A DNA stretch of 41,578 nt, from the NCBI GenBank assembly GCA_016840855.1, contig JAEORO010000100.1, positions 1 to 41,578 on the forward strand, read 5' to 3'. Positions 36,359 to 41,578 of this stretch are shown here, piece by piece. Numbering within the stretch: the stretch's first letter is position 1; each line of letters opens with the position of its first letter. The stretch comes from Candidatus Thorarchaeota archaeon. Its GTDB lineage: Archaea; Asgardarchaeota; Thorarchaeia; Thorarchaeales; Thorarchaeaceae. The notes under the pieces are model-generated. The model searched no databases and had not been told where the DNA came from. It was given only the letters and a program-made list of their open reading frames with translations. Both the position numbers and the translations under genes were made by a program.

Positions 36359-37185
36359 TGAGTCCAGAAACAAAGCCCGACTTTTTAATTAGTCCTGAGG
36401 GCTTAAGAGTAGATGGTCGAAGACCTGACGAGCTGCGACCTGTTGAGCTTAAGGTAGGAGTATTAAAACAAGCTGATGGCTCAGCATCAATCCGTCAAGG
36501 AAAGACATACATTATCGCTGGTGTCTATGGTCCTAGAGAGCTTCATCCAAGACATTTGACACTAAATGATAGAGCATATCTCCGAGTTGAATATAGAATG
36601 GCTACATTTTCTGTTCCAGACAGAAAAAGACCTGCTCCATCTAGAAGAGAGAAAGAAATCTCAATGGTAATTGCTAATGCTTTGAGGCCAGCACTATTTC
36701 TAGAGGAGTTTCCAAAAGCTGTCGTAGATGTTTTCATTCAAGTGATTCAAGCTGATGGCGGTACTCGTTGTGCTGCAATCAATGCTGCCTCATTGGCACT
36801 AGCTGATGCAGGAATTCCAATGAGGAGCTTAATACCAGCTGTAGCTGTTGGAAAAGCTGATGGTCAATTAGTGGTTGACCTTGGCGATGAAGAAGACAAG
36901 TATGGTCAGGGTGACGTGCCCATGGCTATCATTCCAAACACGGAAGAACTCACACTCTTGCAGCAAGATGGCATGTTTACACGTGAAGAATTGCAAGAGG
37001 CTTTGCAGCTGGGAATAAACGCTTGCAAGTATCTTCATGAACTACAAAAGGAAGCTCTTCGACGAGCATATGTCAAGAAGTCACCTGATGATGGTGATGA
37101 TGACGAAGATGACGACGAAGATGAAGACTTTGATGATGATTTGGAGACAGATCTCGGAGAAGCTGAATTAATGGAGGATGAGTAG
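36358..37185 (+). CDS. rrp41: Exosome catalytic subunit Rrp41
   Basis: RVDGRRPDELRP, VYGPRE, QADGGTR, EEDKYGQGDVP; D/E tail. Confidence 0.96.
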   Translation: MSPETKPDFLISPEGLRVDGRRPDELRPVELKVGVLKQADGSASIRQGKTYIIAGVYGPRELHPRHLTLNDRAYLRVEYRMATFSVPDRKRPAPSRREKEISMVIANALRPALFLEEFPKAVVDVFIQVIQADGGTRCAAINAASLALADAGIPMRSLIPAVAVGKADGQLVVDLGDEEDKYGQGDVPMAIIPNTEELTLLQQDGMFTREELQEALQLGINACKYLHELQKEALRRAYVKKSPDDGDDDEDDDEDEDFDDDLETDLGEAELMEDE

Positions 37186-38014
37186 AATGGGTGATTATAG
37201 TACTCAAACAATCAGTCATATTGACCGTGAGTTCATTTCAGACCTTCTTCGGAAAGGTGAACGAATTGATGGCAGAGCATTCAACGAATACAGACCAATT
37301 GAAATTGAAGTCAATGTTGTGCCTGCCAAAGCGGAAGGTTCAGCCCTTGTTAAACTCGGTGACACGAGTATAGTTGCTGGAGTGAAAGTTCTAGTTGGAG
37401 AGCCCTATTCAGACTCTCCTGACGAAGGAGTCACCATGGTCACTGCTGAGATGTCTCCTATTGCATCACCACTCTTTGAGCTTGGTCCACCAAAAGATGA
37501 TGCTATCGAGCTTGCTCGAGTTGTTGATAGAGGTGTACGGGAGTCTGAAATGGTGGATGCTAAAGGGCTGGTCATAGAGGAAGGCAAGAAAGCGTACATG
37601 GTATTTGCAGATGTGTACCCCATAGAGTATGATGGTAATCTTATTGATGCGTCATCAATCGCGGTCAATGCCGCCCTGTTGACAACAAAATACCCTGAGA
37701 TGAAAATCGAAGATGGTGAACTTGTTGAAACAGGTAAGCTGTTATCTCTTCCAATCAACAATGTTGCAGTAGAACATACAGTTGCAAAGATTGACGACAA
37801 TCTAATCCTAGATACAATACTCAAAGAAGAGTTTGTACAGGATTGCAGACTTACCATGGCAGTTGATAAGAATAATAACTTCACAGCTCTTCAGAAGGGT
37901 GGTGGTTCCGGTCCAATGTCGCTTGAGCTCATAGACCAAGCTATGGATATCGCTCAAGAAGTAAACAAGGACATCCACAAACTAATTGATGATGCTGTAA
38001 AGTCAGTAGTGTAG
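37178..38014 (+). CDS. rrp42: Exosome subunit Rrp42
   Basis: RIDGR...YR, AEGSALVKLGDT, FELGPP, ELARVVDRGVRE, DGNLIDA, QKGG. Confidence 0.96.
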   Translation: MSRMGDYSTQTISHIDREFISDLLRKGERIDGRAFNEYRPIEIEVNVVPAKAEGSALVKLGDTSIVAGVKVLVGEPYSDSPDEGVTMVTAEMSPIASPLFELGPPKDDAIELARVVDRGVRESEMVDAKGLVIEEGKKAYMVFADVYPIEYDGNLIDASSIAVNAALLTTKYPEMKIEDGELVETGKLLSLPINNVAVEHTVAKIDDNLILDTILKEEFVQDCRLTMAVDKNNNFTALQKGGGSGPMSLELIDQAMDIAQEVNKDIHKLIDDAVKSVV

Positions 38015-38022
38015 TGGAAAGT

Positions 38023-38142
38023 TAGATGGTTGGACAATCACCCTGACCATCTACTCTCTGCTTACCAATAGATAGCCTAATAAGAAAAACTGCTGGGCGA
38101 CTCATGGGTTCCAGCAGCCTACACACTCTTCATTTGAGAGTG
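38023..38142 (+). ncRNA. Candidate structured RNA (three tandem hairpins) upstream of rpl37ae
   Basis: Arms 38023-38033/38043-38053, 38090-38096/38111-38117 and 38124-38130/38136-38142 pair by eye. Confidence 0.45.
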
Positions 38143-38169
38143 AAACAGACATCAGAAGGAGACCAGAAA

Positions 38170-38556
38170 ATGGCACGAACCAAGAAGGTTGGTAGCACAG
38201 GAAGATATGGATCAAGGTACGGTGCAAAACTGCGTCGTCGAACTCTTGATATAGACAACAAAAGGAAAGAACCAACACGTTGTCCATCATGTGCTACAAA
38301 AGCACTCAAACGAAAAGCTGTAGGTCTCTGGGAGTGCAGTAAATGCAACCTTCTGTTTGCTGGTGGTGCATATGTTCCATTTACTGAAGCTGGCAAGGCG
38401 GCAAAACGAGCCATTGCTCAGAGAGTTTCAGGTGACTTTCTTGCACTTCGTGATGATGAAGACATCGAAGATGTGGTCGATTTCTTACCCAATGTAGAGC
38501 GAGATGACACTGCAATCGATGCGGATACCATCACTAGCGATGAAAAAGAAGAGTAG
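38170..38556 (+). CDS. rpl37ae: Ribosomal protein L37Ae (eL43) with an acidic C-terminal extension
   Basis: MARTKKVGSTGRYGSRYGAKLRRR, CPSC...GLWECSKC...AGGAY; ATG at 38170 follows GGAG. Confidence 0.96.
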   Translation: MARTKKVGSTGRYGSRYGAKLRRRTLDIDNKRKEPTRCPSCATKALKRKAVGLWECSKCNLLFAGGAYVPFTEAGKAAKRAIAQRVSGDFLALRDDEDIEDVVDFLPNVERDDTAIDADTITSDEKEE

Positions 38557-38573
38557 ATTCAGGACGAATTATC

Positions 38574-39128
38574 TTGTCCTTAATTATTACTACCTCTAGG
38601 AAGACATCCAATCGAGTGCGTTCTTTTGCTCGTGATTTATGGACAGTTCTGCCTGGTACAGAACGATTTAACCGAGGTGGAATGGGTCTAACAGAACTCG
38701 CAGCTCGCGTGAAACAATCCGGTGCCAAAGCCGCTTTAGTCATTTCAATGTGGAAGGGAAATCCCAGTATTCTAGTATTCACCTCATCAACAGGTGAAGA
38801 GCTTGTTTCAATAAAGATTGAAAGTGCAAAGCTTAGACGGGAAGTGAATCCGGCTAAGAAAATACGCATGCTAGGCACAGCTGGAATCTTTATGAAATCC
38901 AATAGCAGCCACAAAACAAGAGAACTCCGAGAGATATTAGCTTCATATCTCGATATTGCAGTGTTTGAAGTTGAGAGCATCAAAGATGCGCAGGTAGAAG
39001 AAAACTGGTCTTTGATTTGGTTGGAAGATCATCCGTCTGGAAAGATTCTTTGGACGCATTATCACTCGACAGATAGAGTCGAAATTGGTCCTAGAATTAG
39101 AGTGACATCAATTAGGAGGAAAGAGTAG
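38574..39128 (+). CDS. Brix-domain ribosome biogenesis protein (Imp4-like)
   Basis: IITTSRKTSNRVRSFARDL...NRGGMGL..L, KGNP, EIGPRIRV. Confidence 0.9.
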   Translation: MSLIITTSRKTSNRVRSFARDLWTVLPGTERFNRGGMGLTELAARVKQSGAKAALVISMWKGNPSILVFTSSTGEELVSIKIESAKLRREVNPAKKIRMLGTAGIFMKSNSSHKTRELREILASYLDIAVFEVESIKDAQVEENWSLIWLEDHPSGKILWTHYHSTDRVEIGPRIRVTSIRRKE

Positions 39129-39129
39129 A

Positions 39130-39390
39130 GTGTGTCCAAGCATTGTTAATGGAAAATCAATTATAGAGATTCCTCTTGAGTCCAAAGAAACTGCAGAGAT
39201 ACTTCTCGCTGCTCTGAATCCAGAAACTCGGTCAAGTCCGTCTGAAAGAGCAACAACACGTGTGTCTGTGCAAGATACAGTTCTAATTATTGAGGTCGAA
39301 GCTGGAGATATTACTGCACTACGTGCAGCGATGAACTCGTATATTGCATGGGTATCTGCATGTACCAAATCAATCGCTCAAGTTGACTGA
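39130..39390 (+). CDS. pcc1: KEOPS complex subunit Pcc1
   Basis: AEILLAALNPE...IEVEAGDITALRAAMNSYIAW. Confidence 0.9.
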   Translation: MCPSIVNGKSIIEIPLESKETAEILLAALNPETRSSPSERATTRVSVQDTVLIIEVEAGDITALRAAMNSYIAWVSACTKSIAQVD

Positions 39391-39474
39391 CACAGACCAA
39401 TCAAAACGCTTAAGTCACAACTCATAAGGCGCAGTCTGAAAGGAGCATTTTGTAAAGACAGGAGAGCTTGAATT

Positions 39475-39837
39475 ATGGCACAAAATATACCTCCAGAATT
39501 GGATTCTGACATTCGCAAGCTGTACAATCTAAAACGTCAGCATGAAGCATTTACTAACATGGTTGAAACTTACAAAGAACGTGTAAAGCAATTGAATGAA
39601 ACACTTGAAAATCTTAGTAAACAACCTGATGACACCATCACCTACAAAGCTGTAGGACAAGTTATGTTTAGAGTTGAAAAACCTACAATGGTTGATGAGC
39701 TCGAAACTGAAGCAAAAGGGCTTGAGAGGAGCATAAAGCAAGCTGAAACCAAACTCAAAAGCCTCACGCCGGAACTTACCGAACTTGAGAACAAGGTTCA
39801 ACTTGAACTTTCTAAACGTAATTTACGCCTTCAGTGA
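39475..39837 (+). CDS. pfdB: Prefoldin beta subunit
   Basis: NIPPE start, coiled coil, YKAVGQVMF hairpin, coiled coil; conserved operon position. Confidence 0.9.
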   Translation: MAQNIPPELDSDIRKLYNLKRQHEAFTNMVETYKERVKQLNETLENLSKQPDDTITYKAVGQVMFRVEKPTMVDELETEAKGLERSIKQAETKLKSLTPELTELENKVQLELSKRNLRLQ

Positions 39838-40145
39838 GAGAGATGAGCCCTACATTGTCCATTGGACTTCCTGAAATATCTGAGGAAGTCATCATGCAGC
39901 TAGCCGAGGATTGCGAAGCACAAATCAGTGCATTCATTCTGGAGAAGATTCCTGAGAAGAGTATAGACACTTTATTCGTTAGTTGTACTCTAGACTTAGG
40001 AGAGAATCAGCTAGACTTAGATGTTCAAATCGAGATGAGCCAACTGTTTGATACTGGTCACTCCCTTGATGACTTATTGCAAGAAGCGACGAACTTTGGA
40101 GTGAAATGGCTTGAGAACCGACTACTGGAGATGAAGAAGGCGTGA
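39834..40145 (+). CDS. DUF3194-like protein
   Basis: IGLPEISEE...LAE...acidic small protein in the usual position after pfdB. Confidence 0.65.
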   Translation: MREMSPTLSIGLPEISEEVIMQLAEDCEAQISAFILEKIPEKSIDTLFVSCTLDLGENQLDLDVQIEMSQLFDTGHSLDDLLQEATNFGVKWLENRLLEMKKA

Positions 40146-41161
40146 GTCTAGAAGCTCTCCTTAAAGACTCCAAGAATCTTCTAATACTTGGCCATCAAAA
40201 TGCCGATCCTGATGCGATATGTTCAATGATTTCTTTTATGCGTCTCTACAAGGAACTAAATCCTGATGGCAATCCACAATTAGTAGCAGATGATATTAGC
40301 CGATTGTCAAATCAGGTCCTGCAAATATTCGCGCCTGAAACGAAGGTTTCAAACACACCAGAATCAGGTCATGACCTGTTAATTCTCATGGATACAAATA
40401 GTCTATTTCAACTAGGCTCCTCACTACAGAAAATACCATCTAATCCAAGTAGGACAATAGTCATTGATCATCACGAGATGAATCCTGAAGTTAATCTGAT
40501 TGCAGAGCACCAAATATTGTATGACAACAGGTCATCTACCTGCGAGATTGTGGCAAGGTTGTTCTCTGATTTAGGTATCCAAATTGATGCCAACACGGCT
40601 AATTTGTTGCTTACAGGCATGATTTTTGACACCCGCCGATTTTTGTATGCCGATCTTCAGACATTATCAACAGCAATAGAGCTAATTGCTACTGGGGCTG
40701 ATTATAACAAATGTGTCAAATCATTGTTAATAAAACCTGATAAATCTGAAAGAATCGCCCGATTAAAAGCAGGAGGGCGTGCAAAGGTGCATATCATTGG
40801 TGAGTGGATTGTTGCTATATCAAAGGTCAATGCGTTCGAAGCAAGTGCATGCCGTGGATTAATTGATTTAGGTGCTGATGTGGCCATTGTTGGCGGAAGT
40901 CCCTCCAAGAACGTCGTAAGATTAAGTTCACGAAGTACAAAAGAATTCTATGAAAAGACCGGAGTCAGTTTAGGTACGGATGTAATGGAACCACTCGGGC
41001 AAATTATTGAAGGTCAAGGTGGGGGACACGCAAATGCAGCTGGAGCCAATGGGACAACCAACCTTGCAAAAGCACTAGAATATTCGGCAGAGCTCATTAA
41101 GGAGGCTGTTGAAGGAAAGCCCAGTTCGTATGAAGGAAATTCGAAACCGGAGGTCGTTTAG
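40142..41161 (+). CDS. DHH/DHHA1 phosphoesterase
   Basis: GHQNADPDA, LMD, IDHH, FDT, GGGHANAAG. Confidence 0.92.
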   Translation: MSLEALLKDSKNLLILGHQNADPDAICSMISFMRLYKELNPDGNPQLVADDISRLSNQVLQIFAPETKVSNTPESGHDLLILMDTNSLFQLGSSLQKIPSNPSRTIVIDHHEMNPEVNLIAEHQILYDNRSSTCEIVARLFSDLGIQIDANTANLLLTGMIFDTRRFLYADLQTLSTAIELIATGADYNKCVKSLLIKPDKSERIARLKAGGRAKVHIIGEWIVAISKVNAFEASACRGLIDLGADVAIVGGSPSKNVVRLSSRSTKEFYEKTGVSLGTDVMEPLGQIIEGQGGGHANAAGANGTTNLAKALEYSAELIKEAVEGKPSSYEGNSKPEVV

Positions 41162-41162
41162 A

Positions 41163-41578
41163 GTGCCCTTGATAGATTTTATTGATTTCAGCTTCAAATA
41201 TCTGGGAGCTGACACTCTCGCCCTTCGGAAGATAAATCTCTCTATTGATGAAGGTGAATATGTTGTTATTACTGGTCCAAGCGGTTGTGGGAAAACCACT
41301 CTTTGCAGAGCTATCAATGGTCTAGTTCCCCAATTTCATCGTGGCTATATTGCAGGAAATGTAATTATTGATGGAAAGAACACCCGAGAGCATAATGTTG
41401 CTGAACTTGCTCCAAGTGCTGGATTAGTGTTTCAACAACCTGAAAACCAGTTAGTGACGCTTAATGTTGAACGTGAGATAGCTTTTGGCCCCGAGAATTT
41501 GGGAGTCGCGTCAGATGAGGTTCGTAGGCGAGTTGAGGAACTCATCGATATGTTTGATCTTGAGCATCTTCGTGAAAA
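41163..41578 (+). CDS. ECF transporter ATPase (EcfA-like), runs off the window
   Basis: Manual translation from GTG 41163: MPLIDFIDFSFKY...GPSGCGKTT...VFQQPENQ...EIAFGPENLG. Confidence 0.9.
   Translation, partial: MPLIDFIDFSFKYLGADTLALRKINLSIDEGEYVVITGPSGCGKTTLCRAINGLVPQFHRGYIAGNVIIDGKNTREHNVAELAPSAGLVFQQPENQLVTLNVEREIAFGPENLGVASDEVRRRVEELIDMFDLEHLRE

Noticed and set aside
37085-37140. GAT/GAC/GAA triplet repeat as a possible microsatellite
   Set aside because: Mixed codons for the Rrp41 acidic tail; covered under the protein-level finding.
38104-38169. 22-aa N-terminal extension of eL43 in the ORF track
   Set aside because: The canonical MARTKKVG start with its own SD is at 38170; the upstream ATG lies inside hairpin 2.
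1-41578. CRISPR arrays, tRNA/rRNA genes, transposases, integrases, prophage genes
   Set aside because: No spaced direct repeats, cloverleafs or mobile-element ORFs were seen by eye; intergenic gaps are short and mostly explained.

Overview
Archaeal chromosomal window with no tRNA, rRNA, CRISPR array or IS element that I could see. An Asgard (Thorarchaeia-like) origin is my inference from gene content, not a proven assignment. From left to right: korD-korA (partial); a membrane-anchored wHTH gene paired with a surface protein; a ~16 kb heterodisulfide-reductase supercluster (three hdrCB pairs, two internally duplicated >1000-aa HdrA proteins, one fused to MvhD, a radical SAM enzyme and a DUF2096-like gene) interrupted by a second membrane HTH/acidic surface protein pair; a His-rich membrane protein facing an SCP2-domain gene; an ABC-2 exporter with a wHTH regulator; a 2-hydroxyacid dehydrogenase/LsrK-like FGGY kinase/class II aldolase/AOR/AEC permease run; a NikR-like regulator with a ZnuABC-type importer; and the archaeal proteasome-exosome superoperon (psmA, SBDS, rrp4, rrp41, rrp42, rpl37ae, Brix, pcc1, pfdB, DUF3194-like, DHH) followed by a partial ECF ATPase. 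The best candidates for undescribed biology are the combinatorial Hdr system with possible accessory factors, the LsrK-like catabolic operon ending in AOR, several tetraloop-capped RNA hairpins (including a three-hairpin element before rpl37ae), and a NikR-type box shared between the metal importer and an hdrCB promoter. All product calls come from motif recognition by eye; no database searches were run.
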